DNA of 64,000 nt, from NCBI GenBank assembly GCA_965223545.1, contig OZ245006.1, positions 4,480,001 to 4,544,000 on the forward strand, given 5' to 3'. Positions 30,193 to 42,817 of the stretch are shown here, piece by piece. Each line of letters starts with the position of its first letter. Positions within the stretch are counted from its first letter, which is position 1. The notes beneath the pieces were generated by a model. The model was not told the origin of the DNA. It ran no database searches and worked only from the letters and a program-made list of their open reading frames with translations. The position numbers were made by a program, and so were the translations under genes. This DNA is from Planctomycetota bacterium (GTDB lineage: Bacteria; Planctomycetota; UBA1135; UBA2386).

Positions 30193-30600
30193 ATGTTGTT
30201 CCCCATCCTGACGATTGCCGGTGGCCTGGTGGCCGCTTCCTCGCTGATCATCGCCCGCAAGCCGAACGCGCAACAGCTGTTCGACAAGGTCGCCCCGTAT
30301 CAGGGATTCCTCGGTGTCGGCCTGTTTGCCGTCGGTGTGTTGTGGGCGATTCGCGTGGTGCCGCACATCGGCGCGATCGCGTCGGCGCCGCTGACTCTTG
30401 GCCTCACCCTCGCCGCCATCGCGCTCGACCTCGGCCTGGGCTTTCTGCTCGGCTACGGCCTGCTCAACAAGTGGCTGCTCTCGAAGAACGAGGCGGCCAA
30501 GGCCAGAGGAGCGGAGATCCTCGCCAAGCTGGCCGTGGTGCAGGTGCCGTTGGGCTGCGCGGCCATGGCGTCGGGGATCGCGGTGCTGGTCGGGTTCTGA
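30193..30600 (+). CDS. Small integral membrane protein
   Basis: Four hydrophobic segments; PYQGFLGV and LGFLLGYGLL motifs. Confidence 0.75.
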   Translation: MLFPILTIAGGLVAASSLIIARKPNAQQLFDKVAPYQGFLGVGLFAVGVLWAIRVVPHIGAIASAPLTLGLTLAAIALDLGLGFLLGYGLLNKWLLSKNEAAKARGAEILAKLAVVQVPLGCAAMASGIAVLVGF

Positions 30601-30625
30601 CGCGCGTCCCGACTCAGCCCTCCGG

Positions 30626-31516
30626 TCAAGCGGCCGCGGGCGCGGGATCGTAGAACTCGAGCAAGCGCTGCACCCGAGTCTGCGTCGCCGGATGCGTGCG
30701 CAGCCACTCCGGCACCGGCTCGACCTCCGCGTCGGGCAGCCGTTGGCGCCACCGCGTCCAGCGGCGCAGCTGATCGTGAAAGCGCTCGAGCTTGGTCAGT
30801 GCCGAGGCGAGCCCCAGCGGGTCGCTGGTCAGCTGCACCGCGCCGAGGTCGGCGCCGAACTCGCGCATGCGCGAGGCGGCGAAGCGCAGCGCCATCACCG
30901 CCATCGGCGCCGCCGCCAGCAGCGCGAGCGTCAGCCAGCGGACTCCGTCGGCGTCGATCAACAGCGGCAGGCCCAACAGCAGACTGAGGCCGCCGAGCCA
31001 GAACAACGAGTGGGTCAGCTTGGCCGCGGCGTCGAACACCGCCAGCAGCTTCAGGTCGCCATGGGCCAGGTGGCTGACTTCGTGCGCCAACACTCCGATC
31101 AGCTCGCGGTCGTCGAGGTAGCGCAGCAAGCCCTGGGTCACCGCGACGACCGGCTGCTCGGGCGTGCCCATGGCCATGGCGTTGAGATCGCCGCGCGGCA
31201 GCACGAAGACGTGCGGCGGCCGGGGCAGCTCGGCGCGGCGGGCCAGCGTGGTGACGGCGCGCGCCAGGCCGGAGCCGGGGGCGACCGGCTGTGCCCGCAT
31301 CCAGCGCAGCACCAGGCCCAACGGTGCGTGCTGCTTGCTGCCGAGGTAGAGCGCGCTGCCGACGGCGAGGACGATCAGGCCGAAGATGCCCGCGACCAGC
31401 CAGCCCAACAACGCCAACAAGCCGACGACCGCGGCGATCAAGAGCACGGTGCGCAGCGCGTTGCGCCGGCGGTGGCGGCGCAGCACCGCGGGGTCGAACC
31501 GGGGAAGTGAGCGCAC
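30626..31516 (-). CDS. M48 family zinc metalloprotease (HtpX-like)
   Basis: NAMAMG; VAVTQGLL; LAHEVSH; SRMREFGADLGA; THPATQTRV. Start approximate. Confidence 0.9.
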   Translation of the reverse strand: MRSLPRFDPAVLRRHRRRNALRTVLLIAAVVGLLALLGWLVAGIFGLIVLAVGSALYLGSKQHAPLGLVLRWMRAQPVAPGSGLARAVTTLARRAELPRPPHVFVLPRGDLNAMAMGTPEQPVVAVTQGLLRYLDDRELIGVLAHEVSHLAHGDLKLLAVFDAAAKLTHSLFWLGGLSLLLGLPLLIDADGVRWLTLALLAAAPMAVMALRFAASRMREFGADLGAVQLTSDPLGLASALTKLERFHDQLRRWTRWRQRLPDAEVEPVPEWLRTHPATQTRVQRLLEFYDPAPAAA

Positions 31517-31577
31517 GGCCACAAGAGTGTAGCGACCACGAACGTACCGTGTCTGACTCGATTTTCTCGCTTCGCCC

Positions 31578-32606
31578 TCACCCGCGCCGCCACACCTCAA
31601 CGTCCACCCACCGCCGCGTCACCGCGTCCGCCGCCGCGTGCTCGGGCAGCGTCGCGACGTGCTCGAAGCCGCTGGCGGCGAGCGCCGTGCGCTTCCACGT
31701 CTGGCCCCGGTCACAGTGCGCGACGCAACGCGCGGACGACAGGGGCAGCGCGGCCAACAGCGCCGCCGCCGAAGCGACGAACGCCGGATGGCAGTGGACG
31801 TCGATCGTGCTCAAGCCCGGCCACGGGCCCTCGTCGCTCCGGTGGGCGACGCCGACCACGGCGCGCGGCGTGGTCTTGGCGAGAACGCTGGTCGCCGGCG
31901 GCGCGCCGCCAGCCATGCGCTCGGTGTGATCTTTGAGCATCGCCAAGAATGGACCTTCGCTCATCGCACGGCCGACGAGGCCGCGGCCGAGGCAGCGGAC
32001 CGTGCCGCCGTCGGCGTCGGTGAAGAGCGCGGCGGCGGCCGGCCAGTCGCTCCACTGCGGTGGGCGGAGTTCGGTTTCGCCCGGCGCGAACCACGCGTCG
32101 GGCAGGTTGGTTTCGGTGGCGAAGTTGCGTGCCATGACCCCCGATCCGGGTTCGAGCGCGCGGAACCCGAGGGCCTCGTACAGCCGAAACGGAGCTCCGC
32201 CGGGGTCGGTGCGCAGGAACAGCGCCCGGCCGCCGCGTTCGCCGAAATCCGCCAAGGCGAGCCGCAGCAGGGCGCGCGCCGCGCCGCGCCGCCGTTCGGC
32301 CGGCGTCGTGAACACGTGGCTGAGCAGGCCGACGCCGTCGGTCGCGGCAATCAGCACGTGGGCAAACGGTCGCCCGCCGCGGTGCAAGGCGTAGAAGCGG
32401 GCGTCCAGGTCGGTGCGTTCGTGCAGCAGGGTGCGGCACTGCCACTGCCAGAATGGCGGCTTGTGCCCGAGTAGCCGTTCGAGGCGGTCGGCCCACCGGG
32501 GTGCCGGTGCGGGGATCGCGATCGCTTCCGCGCGCGCACCGCCGTCCAGCTCGACCTCGCCCAACCGGAACGCGCCGTCGTCGCGGGCTGCCCGCGGTTC
32601 GCTCAT
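31578..32606 (-). CDS. GNAT-family acetyltransferase
   Basis: HVFTTPAERRRGAARALL...AP..LYEALGF. ATG at 32606 overlaps the pip stop (ATGA). Confidence 0.8.
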   Translation of the reverse strand: MSEPRAARDDGAFRLGEVELDGGARAEAIAIPAPAPRWADRLERLLGHKPPFWQWQCRTLLHERTDLDARFYALHRGGRPFAHVLIAATDGVGLLSHVFTTPAERRRGAARALLRLALADFGERGGRALFLRTDPGGAPFRLYEALGFRALEPGSGVMARNFATETNLPDAWFAPGETELRPPQWSDWPAAAALFTDADGGTVRCLGRGLVGRAMSEGPFLAMLKDHTERMAGGAPPATSVLAKTTPRAVVGVAHRSDEGPWPGLSTIDVHCHPAFVASAAALLAALPLSSARCVAHCDRGQTWKRTALAASGFEHVATLPEHAAADAVTRRWVDVEVWRRG

Positions 32607-33565
32607 GCCACCGGAGTGCCGGTCGCGGCGAGGCGGCGCGTCGCCGCGACCAACTCTTCTGTGATGCCGGGCTCGTGTGACGAGTGGCCGGCGTCGGCGA
32701 CGATGTGCGCCGACAGCTCCGGCCAGACGGCTTGCAAGTCGAGCAGGTTGCGCACCGGGCAGACGATGTCGTAGCGGCCGTGCACGGCAAACGCCGGGAC
32801 GTCGCGCAGGCGCGTCGCGCGCCGCAGCAGGGCGTCGTCGGGGACGAAGCGTTGGTTGCGGAAGTAGTGCGCCTCGAGCCGCGCCAGCGCGAAGGCGAAG
32901 TCGCTGTCGGCGAACGCCGCGGCGAACTCCTCGTTGGGCAGCAAGGTGCAGCACGAGCCCTCGTAGATGCTCCAGGCGCGCGCCGCGGCCCGCGCCTCGC
33001 TCTCGTCCTCGCCGTTCAGGCGGCGCCAGTACGCTTCGAGCAAGTCGTCCCGTTCGCCGGGCGGCACGTGGCCGGCAAACGCGCGCCACAGCTCGGGCTG
33101 CAGCCAACCCATCTCGTACAACCACCAGTGGATCTCGGCCGCGCGCAGCAGCCAGATGCCGCGCAGCACGAGGCTCAGCACGGACGGCGTGTGCTCCTGC
33201 GCGTAGTAGAGCGCGAGGGTGCTGCCCCAAGAGCCGCCGAACACGTGCCACCGGTCGATCCCGAGCGTGGTGCGCAGCAGCTCGATGTCCGCCACCAACG
33301 CGTCGATGTCGTTGTCGTGCAGCGATCCGAGCGGCTTCGATCGGCCGCACCCGCGTTGGTCGAACAGCACGATGCGGAACGCCTCGGGATCGAAGAACCG
33401 GCGGTCCACCGGAGTGCAGCCGGCGCCGGGGCCGCCGTGCAAGAACACGATCGGCATCCCGTCGGGATTGCCGCACTGCTCGTAGTAGAGCACGTGGTCA
33501 CCGCCGACCGGCAGCTCGCCGTGCGCGTAGGGCTCGATCTCCGGGTAGAAGTGCTGGTTGACCAT
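32603..33565 (-). CDS. pip: Prolyl aminopeptidase (proline iminopeptidase, S33)
   Basis: HGGPG; FDQRGCGRS; FGGSWGSTL; HGRYDIVCP; AGHS. Confidence 0.95.
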   Translation of the reverse strand: MVNQHFYPEIEPYAHGELPVGGDHVLYYEQCGNPDGMPIVFLHGGPGAGCTPVDRRFFDPEAFRIVLFDQRGCGRSKPLGSLHDNDIDALVADIELLRTTLGIDRWHVFGGSWGSTLALYYAQEHTPSVLSLVLRGIWLLRAAEIHWWLYEMGWLQPELWRAFAGHVPPGERDDLLEAYWRRLNGEDESEARAAARAWSIYEGSCCTLLPNEEFAAAFADSDFAFALARLEAHYFRNQRFVPDDALLRRATRLRDVPAFAVHGRYDIVCPVRNLLDLQAVWPELSAHIVADAGHSSHEPGITEELVAATRRLAATGTPVA

Positions 33566-33574
33566 TCGTGGGCG

Positions 33575-34582
33575 TCACACCAGATCGGAATCACCCATCG
33601 TGAAGTACCACTGATCGCGAAAGAACCGGGTCTCGTATTTCGCGGTCGCCAGCACGATGAAGTAGTCGGTGCCCTTGACCATGTAGCCGGCGCGCTGGAT
33701 CGCCAAGAAGCGCGGGTCGACGTGGTTCCAGAAGCTGCCGATCACCTCCTGCCCGTCGGCGGTGGCCTGGCGCTCGAGGACGGCGAGCATCGAGTGCATC
33801 GCGTCGGTGTCGGCGGGATCGTGCAGCCAGTCGACGATGAATGCGATGTCGGCGACGACGTGGCAGCGCGGCGAGTAGACCGCGATGCCGCGCAGTGCGC
33901 CGCTGGTGGTGTCGCGGCACTCGTACAGACGGTAGGTCTGGTCCGGGCAATCGGCGTAGCGCCAATTGAGGTAGCGCTGGTCGCGGATCAAGGTCAGGCC
34001 GAAGCCGGCCTTGAGGTGGTCGAACAGCCCGTCCACGTCGGCGGAGAAGCGCTCGACTTGCGCGGTCCGCACGCCATCGGGCGTGGTCCGCGGCGCGTTC
34101 GCTCCGAGCTCGCGGAACGTGCAGTCCCAGTCGCGGATGTTGAGGTAGCCGAGGTGCTTCTGACCGCTGCGCCAGGCCGGCACCGGCCAGCCGTAGGTAA
34201 AGGAGACCTCGCCGGGGTTCGGCCCGTGCCAGGTGTCGATGTAGGCCCGGCCGATGTCGACGAACAGGCCGTGCGGGCCGCCGCGCCGGCGCCAGTCGGG
34301 CAGCACGCAGAAGTCGACGCCCTGCGCCGCCAGTCGCTCTTCCCCCTCGACCCAGATGCGCACCGGAATGCCGACATACATGCCGACGATGTCGCCGTTC
34401 GGCGCTTCGGCCAGCATGTGCAGCATGCGCGGCACCGGGTTGTCGCGGAACTTCCAGCGCCAGTGCGCCTGAGTGCGGGGCGGCAGGCCGACGCCCGCGT
34501 GCGGAAACACCGCGTTGTAGCAGTCGAGGATCGCGGCCTCGTCGCCGTCGCGATACGGGCGGATGAGGACGTCGTCCGACAA
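33575..34582 (-). CDS. GNAT-family N-acyltransferase (tandem GNAT)
   Basis: IRPYRDGDE; WRWKFRDNP; DFCVLPDWRRRG; RDQRYLNWRY; WYFTMGDSD. Confidence 0.82.
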   Translation of the reverse strand: MSDDVLIRPYRDGDEAAILDCYNAVFPHAGVGLPPRTQAHWRWKFRDNPVPRMLHMLAEAPNGDIVGMYVGIPVRIWVEGEERLAAQGVDFCVLPDWRRRGGPHGLFVDIGRAYIDTWHGPNPGEVSFTYGWPVPAWRSGQKHLGYLNIRDWDCTFRELGANAPRTTPDGVRTAQVERFSADVDGLFDHLKAGFGLTLIRDQRYLNWRYADCPDQTYRLYECRDTTSGALRGIAVYSPRCHVVADIAFIVDWLHDPADTDAMHSMLAVLERQATADGQEVIGSFWNHVDPRFLAIQRAGYMVKGTDYFIVLATAKYETRFFRDQWYFTMGDSDLV

Positions 34583-34594
34583 CGGCCGCCCCCT

Positions 34595-35770
34595 CTACTG
34601 GCCGACCCGCAACAGCTCGATGTGGAAGACGAGGGTGGCGTCGGGGCCGATCTTCGGCGGCCGGCCGGAAGCGCCGTAGGCGAGGTCGCCGGGGATCACG
34701 AGCAGCGCCGCGCCGCCCGGCTTCATCAGCTGCAGGCCCTCGTTCCAGCCGGCGATCACTTGGCCCAGACTGAAACTCGAGGGCTCGGCGCGGTCGTAGG
34801 ACGCGTCGAACTGGGTGCCGTCGGTCAGCCAGCCGGCGTAGTGCACGTGCACGCGCTCGCCCATCTTCGGCGACTTGCCTTCGCCCTCGCGCAGCATCAC
34901 GTACTGCAAGCCGCTCTCGGTCTTCTGCAGCTTGTCCTCGGCCGGCATGGAGAACTCCGGCCGCCGGAAGGCGCGCGGCATGCGCACCCGCCAGATCGAT
35001 TCGGCGCCGCCCGGCAGGTCCGGCCCGGCCCCCTGATCGCCGAAGGCCAGCGCCGCCGGCACGCGGCACAGCCACTCGCCGCCGGGCCGCATGGTCTTGG
35101 CCGCCTCGGTGAGCACGCCCCAGCGCAGCGCCTTGGGCTGGGTCAGCCGTGAGCCGCCCATGTTGGCCGAGTCGTGGATCAGCTTGCCGTCGGTGGTCCA
35201 GATGGTGAACGTCATCTCCACGTGGGTGTCCGCGTCGATCGGCTCGCCCTCGCCGGCGGCGATCTCCTGGTAGACCAAGCCCGACTCGCAGGTGGTGGCC
35301 GTCTCGCTGTCCGGCTCGGCGAACACCGGGCCGGGGCGCACCGACAACAGCTCGACGTCGAAGATCAGCGTCGCGTTGGGCGGGATCGTCCCGGGCGCGC
35401 CGCGCTCGCCGTAGCCGAGATCCGGCGGGATGGTGAGCTTGAGCCGTGAGCCCGGCGTCATCATCGCCAGCGCCTCGTTCCAGCCCTCGATCACCCAGCC
35501 GACCGGGAACTCCGCGGGCTCGCCACGCTGTCGCGAGGAGTCGAACACCTTGCCGTCGGTCAGCCAGCCCGTGTAGTGCACCTTGACCATGTCGCCGCGC
35601 ACCGGGGTGCGGCCCTCGCCGCCCTCGGCCAACACCGAGTACGTCAGACCGGAGTCGGTGGTGACCGGATCCTTGTCCTCGGGAATCGCAGGAGTTTCGT
35701 TCTGCGCGGCGAGTGACGAGGCGGCGAGCAAGCCAGCCAGCGCCGGCGTGAGCAAATCGATGCGGGTCAT
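34595..35770 (-). CDS. Exported FKBP-type peptidyl-prolyl isomerase, three FKBP domains
   Basis: [16 protein letters not shown]...VIEGWNEAL...IPPDLGYG; a degenerate middle copy; third copy [16 protein letters not shown]...VIAGWNEGL. Confidence 0.93.
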   Translation of the reverse strand: MTRIDLLTPALAGLLAASSLAAQNETPAIPEDKDPVTTDSGLTYSVLAEGGEGRTPVRGDMVKVHYTGWLTDGKVFDSSRQRGEPAEFPVGWVIEGWNEALAMMTPGSRLKLTIPPDLGYGERGAPGTIPPNATLIFDVELLSVRPGPVFAEPDSETATTCESGLVYQEIAAGEGEPIDADTHVEMTFTIWTTDGKLIHDSANMGGSRLTQPKALRWGVLTEAAKTMRPGGEWLCRVPAALAFGDQGAGPDLPGGAESIWRVRMPRAFRRPEFSMPAEDKLQKTESGLQYVMLREGEGKSPKMGERVHVHYAGWLTDGTQFDASYDRAEPSSFSLGQVIAGWNEGLQLMKPGGAALLVIPGDLAYGASGRPPKIGPDATLVFHIELLRVGQ

Positions 35771-35944
35771 GACGTCACGGATGGTCGGAGTTCGTGTGCC
35801 CGCAGCCTAACCGTTCCTCGGGCGCGGCGGCATGCCGGGTTCGGCAGAACGCGCGGCCGACTTGCGGTCTGAGGGTGGTGCGGGCCGTTTCCCTTGCTAC
35901 GTTGCCGTCGCGTCGAGCGCGGCCCTCGACCGGCGAATTCAGCG

Positions 35945-37927
35945 ATGTCCTCCCCCCGAGTCCCTGTTCTGGTGCGCCTCGCGCTGGCTGCCGGTGCGCT
36001 GGCGCTGGTCGCCTCGCTGGCGGTCGACGCGATCGGCCTCGGGGGAGGGCCTGGCTTCGGCACCAAGCAGCGCATCGCGGCGGGCGTCGGCCTCGCCCTG
36101 CTGGGCGGTGCGTGGTTGGTCTCCGCCGCGTTGCGCGCCCGGGTGTTTGCCGCCGCGGGCCGCCTGCCGCCGGTGAGCGGCGCCCAGTGCGTGCTGCTGG
36201 GATGTGGTGTCGGCGTGCTGCTCGGCTGGATCGAGTGGGCCCACCTGCGCGGGGTCAAGGTCGGGCTGCAGGGCGTCATCCTGCGCCAGCCGGAGCATCT
36301 GGTCTGGATGGCGCCGCTCAACCACGGCGCGGTGTTCGCGGCGCTGGGTGGGGTGCTCGGCATCGGTGCGCGGTGTGCCCCCGGCCTGGTGCGTCTGCCG
36401 GTCGTGGTGTTCGTCTTGATCGGCATCGCGGCGTACTCCCAGTGCCTCCTGCACCCCGTGCTGGCGGGCGTCGCGGTGGTGGCGCTGTCCGCCGGTGTCG
36501 GTCTGCTGGCGGCCCGGAGTGCGGCGCGCGCGCCGCGCCGCGCCGTGCGCTGGGCCGGCCGCACCGCGGCCGTTGCCGCAGCGGTGGCCGCCGCCACGGG
36601 CGTCGGCATCGCCGGCTATCAGCGGTGGAGCCAGCACCGCGCCGTCGCCACCCTGCCGGCGCCGCCCGCGGATGCGGCCAACGTCCTGTTGATCGTGCTC
36701 GACACCGTGCGCGCCGACCATCTGTCGCTCGCGGGCTATCACCGCGAGACCTCGCCCAGTATCGACGCGCTCGGCCGCGATGGCGTCACCCTGACGCGCG
36801 CGCTGACCACCGCTCCGTGGACCCTGCCCTCGCACGCCACGCTGTTCACCGGCCGCTATCCGCACGAGATGTCGGCGGACTGGTTGACCCCGCTGGACGA
36901 CGCGCACCCGACCTTGGCCGAAGTGCTCCGCGACCGGGGCTACGTCACCGGTGGCTTCGTCGGCAATCTGCTGTACTGCCTCGCCAACAACGGCTTGGGC
37001 CGCGGGTTCGCTCGATATGACGATCTGTTGGTCACGCCCGCGACCATTGCCGCCTCGACCGCGCTGGCGCGTTCGCTGCTGAGCGAGCCCTACCTGAAGG
37101 TCGACGCCGGCTCCAACCGCGCCGACACGGTGACCGATCGCCTGCTCGATTGGATTGACCAGCGCGGTGAGCGGCCGTTCTTCGCGTTCGCCAACTACAT
37201 CGACGCGCACGCCTACTGCGTCAGCCCAGAGGGCTTTACCGGTCATTTCGGCGAGGCCCACCCGGACATCTTCGACTGGTACGACTTCGCGCCGGGCCAG
37301 TGGAACGACGAGAAGTGGAATCGGTTTCGCGACGCTTACGACGATTGCATCCGCTTCATCGACTTCCAGGTGTCGCGCATCGTCGACCACCTCCGGGCGC
37401 AGGGGGTGCTGGAGCACACGCTGATCGTCGTTACCTCCGACCACGGCGAGCTGTTCGGTGAGCACGGGCTCGCCGATCACGGCAACAGCCTCTACCGGCC
37501 TCTGGTGCAAGCGCCGCTGGTGTGGCACTACCCGGCCGGCCTCGCGCCGCGCCCGGCCACCGATACGATGGTGTCGCAGCGCGACGTGCCGGCGACCCTG
37601 TTGGACCTGATCGGCGTCACCGGCCATCCGCTGCCGGGCAACAGCTTGGCGCCGATGCTGCGCGGCGCGCCGCCCGGCGAGGTGCCGCGCTCGCCGCTGT
37701 TGTGCTCGGTCACCGGCAGCATTCGACGGCCGGCCTGGGAGCCCGCCTCACGCGGGGACATGCACTCCCTGTTCGACGGTGACCGCCAGCTGATCATCGG
37801 CGGCGATGGCGCGGCCGAGCTGTTCGACCTCGGCGTGGCCGCCGATGCCGAGACCGACCTCAGCGCGCAGGAGCCCGGCGTCGTCGACCGGCTGCGGTCG
37901 GCGCTGCGGGCGCTTGTGCCCGAGTGA
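35945..37927 (+). CDS. Membrane-anchored sulfatase-like hydrolase/transferase (Thr at the nucleophile position)
   Basis: Multiple N-terminal TM segments; NVLLIVLDTVRADHL; APWTLPSHATLFTG; NYIDAH; TSDHGE. Confidence 0.88.
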   Translation: MSSPRVPVLVRLALAAGALALVASLAVDAIGLGGGPGFGTKQRIAAGVGLALLGGAWLVSAALRARVFAAAGRLPPVSGAQCVLLGCGVGVLLGWIEWAHLRGVKVGLQGVILRQPEHLVWMAPLNHGAVFAALGGVLGIGARCAPGLVRLPVVVFVLIGIAAYSQCLLHPVLAGVAVVALSAGVGLLAARSAARAPRRAVRWAGRTAAVAAAVAAATGVGIAGYQRWSQHRAVATLPAPPADAANVLLIVLDTVRADHLSLAGYHRETSPSIDALGRDGVTLTRALTTAPWTLPSHATLFTGRYPHEMSADWLTPLDDAHPTLAEVLRDRGYVTGGFVGNLLYCLANNGLGRGFARYDDLLVTPATIAASTALARSLLSEPYLKVDAGSNRADTVTDRLLDWIDQRGERPFFAFANYIDAHAYCVSPEGFTGHFGEAHPDIFDWYDFAPGQWNDEKWNRFRDAYDDCIRFIDFQVSRIVDHLRAQGVLEHTLIVVTSDHGELFGEHGLADHGNSLYRPLVQAPLVWHYPAGLAPRPATDTMVSQRDVPATLLDLIGVTGHPLPGNSLAPMLRGAPPGEVPRSPLLCSVTGSIRRPAWEPASRGDMHSLFDGDRQLIIGGDGAAELFDLGVAADAETDLSAQEPGVVDRLRSALRALVPE

Positions 37928-37949
37928 GCGGCGGCCTGAACTGGGCTGG

Positions 37950-38300
37950 AGTGTGCGACCGCGCTGATGGCCGCTTTTCGCAGCGCCACGGGCGGATACT
38001 GCAGCGGGTCGCGCCGACGCGCCCCCTCGACGGTCATACCCATAGCCGTGCTCCTTCGCAGGAATGCCAGGGCCTCCTCGATCGCCTGGACAAGATCCGA
38101 CTCCGCCTTCGACCCGGTCGGTGATCGATGCGCGGTGCGTGCCCTGGAACCGTGCCAGGCGAATGCGGGTGTTGGGGAAGTGCCGCAGACGCTCGCGGCC
38201 AATGCGCCGCGCGCCGGCCCGCGGCCTCAGCTTGCGCGGACCATCACCAACGCACCCTGGTGCCCGACGAGGAGCAGCAACGGTCGCCCGAGGAATTGAA
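37950..38300 (-). pseudogene. Frameshifted remnant of a Schlafen/AlbA-associated ATP-binding (HATPase_c_4-like) protein
   Basis: Pieces in different frames: GHQGALV, GRERLRHFPNTRIRLARFQGT and LVQAIEEALAFL...YPPVALRKAAISAVAH. Confidence 0.6.
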
Positions 38301-38561
38301 GACACCGATCTCGGTGGTTGCAGGGAGCGCCAGAGCACGCTGGCGGCAACGCCCGGCTGCGGTAGCGCGGCGACGAGGACGTGGCTGTCGCCGTCGGCGT
38401 CGCGCGCGATCTGCCGCGGCTCGTGCGCATTGACGCGAGCGTCCAGCCAACGCCACCGTCAGCAGCGCCGAGCTGTGTCAGTCGCGTCGAACGTCGCCCG
38501 GGCCGCGGACGTGGCAAGCCGGCGGTTCCCAGGGACCACCGGGGCGAGCTACACTTCTAGA

Positions 38562-38792
38562 ATGAACGAGTCGCTGCTCGATCGGGTCACCATCGAACCC
38601 GGCAAGTGTGGAGGCAAGCCCTGCATCCGCGGCAAGCGGATCCGGGTGACAGACCTCCTCGAACTGCTGGCCAACGAAGCCTCGATCGAGGAGATCGTCA
38701 CGGACTACCCGGGTCTCGAGCGTGAGGATGTCCTGGCAGCGATCGCGTACGCGGCGCGTCAGACCAACCACACGGTGATCCGGGTCGCTTGA
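38562..38792 (+). CDS. DUF433 antitoxin
   Basis: RVTIEPGKCGGKPCIRGKRIRV...EEIVTDYPGLEREDVLAAIAYA. Confidence 0.92.
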   Translation: MNESLLDRVTIEPGKCGGKPCIRGKRIRVTDLLELLANEASIEEIVTDYPGLEREDVLAAIAYAARQTNHTVIRVA

Positions 38793-39112
38793 GGTTCCTG
38801 GTCGACATCAGTAAGGACGAGGACTTCGTGTTCCTGGCCCATCGATCAGGCGACTCGGGCAAGCTTCTCTGGGTTCGCCTCGGAAACTGTCGCAGAGCAG
38901 CCCTCATCCAGTCGTTCGACCTGGCGATGGCAGCGATCGTTGCCGCATTCGAGTCTGGGCAGAACGTCGTCGAGCTTGGTTGTGCCCTCGGCCGGTCCGG
39001 GTGGCGTGGTCGAATGGTCGGAGGCAGCATCCGGACCTTCGCCAGCGGGAACAGCAACCTCTGGGCGGTTTCGCGCGACACCGCCAGCAGGCTTGTCCTC
39101 CAGCTCGTCTAA
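38789..39112 (+). pseudogene. DUF5615 PIN-like toxin with internal deletion
   Basis: MRFLVD is joined directly to ISKDEDF...LLWVRLGNC; the usual intervening segment is absent. Overlaps the antitoxin stop. Confidence 0.75.
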
Positions 39113-39351
39113 GCACCCGCCCCTTCCAGTCTCGCCCGGCATCTCGCGGCATCCCTGGCACGAATTGGCATGGCCCGTCTGCACTCGACGCCGCCCTCCC
39201 GGTTTAGAAAAATAGCCGACAGTTGCGGCGTATTTGCGGCGTCTTCACTTGCATGGGCCGGACTCCTGGGAGGTCGATGCGCTTCACCGTGGCGCGCTCT
39301 GGCCGTACGTGGGTGGCTGGATAGACTGCAGCGCCTCGGCGACGAGACCCG

Positions 39352-41709
<2,358 letters not shown>

Positions 41710-41721
41710 AACGGCCGTGGC

Positions 41722-42642
41722 TCAGTCGCGCGGGAACTCGAACGCGCGAAACTGCTCCTGCAGCTCGTCGAGTCCGCCCGTGATCTGGTCCACCGCCGCG
41801 CGGTCGGGGGTGCGCCCCTCGAGCAGATCCACGATGTAGTCCCGAAAGGGCGCCGCCGCATCGGCGTCGCCGGGCGCTTGAGTGCGCGTCTCGGGCCGAA
41901 AGCGCAGCAGGTAGTCGACGAACATGCCCAGCTGGATCAGCCGTTCCTGTGGCCGATCGCCGTAGCTCTGCAGCGGGTCGCCGAGCAGGCGCCGCAAGGG
42001 GATCTCGCGGGGCGTGCCGCGCATCGCCTCGAGCTGGTCGACGGCCCAGCCGTAGTTCCAGAACGCGGAGAAGTAGGCGGCGAGGCCCTCGCTCAGCCAA
42101 ACCGGCAGGTTGGCCGAGGGAAACGTCTGCGCGACGTAGGCGTGCAGCAGTGCGTGGGTCGCATTCCACTGCACCAACAAGACGTTGTCGCTGTGCACGA
42201 CGCAGACCGGTCGCTCTTCGTGGCCAGCGGCGTAGAACGCGCCGAAGAACGAGGAGTGGTGCTCGCCGTGGTCGTCGCCGAACTGGTTGTACGTCGCGAT
42301 GTCCGGCAGGACGAACACCGAGATCCTCCGGCTGGGCAGTCGTTGGATGCCCAGCGTCGTCTGGAAATGCTCCAGCATCGACTCGAGCCCGTTGGCCAGT
42401 GACCTGGCAAACCCGTGGCTCTTCGTGGTCCGCACCTCCACGTGGGCCGACTGCGCGCGCCACGCGTTCTCCCACGTGGTGCGGTCCTGCCAGATGTCGT
42501 CCTTCGCCGTGTCGGGTCGCGTGCGCTCGATCGAGGCGTCGAGGACCGACCGAAATGGAGTCGCGGGAGCCGGCGGCTTGTCTTGGGCGGCCGCCGGCAT
42601 CACCGCCAGGGCCAGGAGCGATGCGCGGGCGAGGCTTGGCAT
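41722..42642 (-). CDS. Secreted DUF1570/zincin-like protein
   Basis: Signal peptide; ATHALLHAY...LPVWLSEGLAAYF. Confidence 0.72.
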   Translation of the reverse strand: MPSLARASLLALAVMPAAAQDKPPAPATPFRSVLDASIERTRPDTAKDDIWQDRTTWENAWRAQSAHVEVRTTKSHGFARSLANGLESMLEHFQTTLGIQRLPSRRISVFVLPDIATYNQFGDDHGEHHSSFFGAFYAAGHEERPVCVVHSDNVLLVQWNATHALLHAYVAQTFPSANLPVWLSEGLAAYFSAFWNYGWAVDQLEAMRGTPREIPLRRLLGDPLQSYGDRPQERLIQLGMFVDYLLRFRPETRTQAPGDADAAAPFRDYIVDLLEGRTPDRAAVDQITGGLDELQEQFRAFEFPRD

Positions 42643-42817
42643 GATGTCTCTACTCAGTGGACGGTGCTCAGGCGTTCAGTGCGACCGCTCGCTGGCAAGA
42701 TTTTCGGTGCGCCGGTGTGGTCGCCGCTCGGTTTGCTTTTTTTGCGGCGCGAGCCGCGCATCGAGACATTGGAACGGGTTGGCGCCCGCCCACCCTCGTT
42801 TTCGCCCAACCGGAACC

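Noticed and set aside
27470..33476. Extended ORFs 27470-29689 and 31578-33476
   Set aside because: The N-terminal extensions are off-frame readings of the decarboxylase and pip genes. True starts are at the ATGA overlaps (28277 and 32606).
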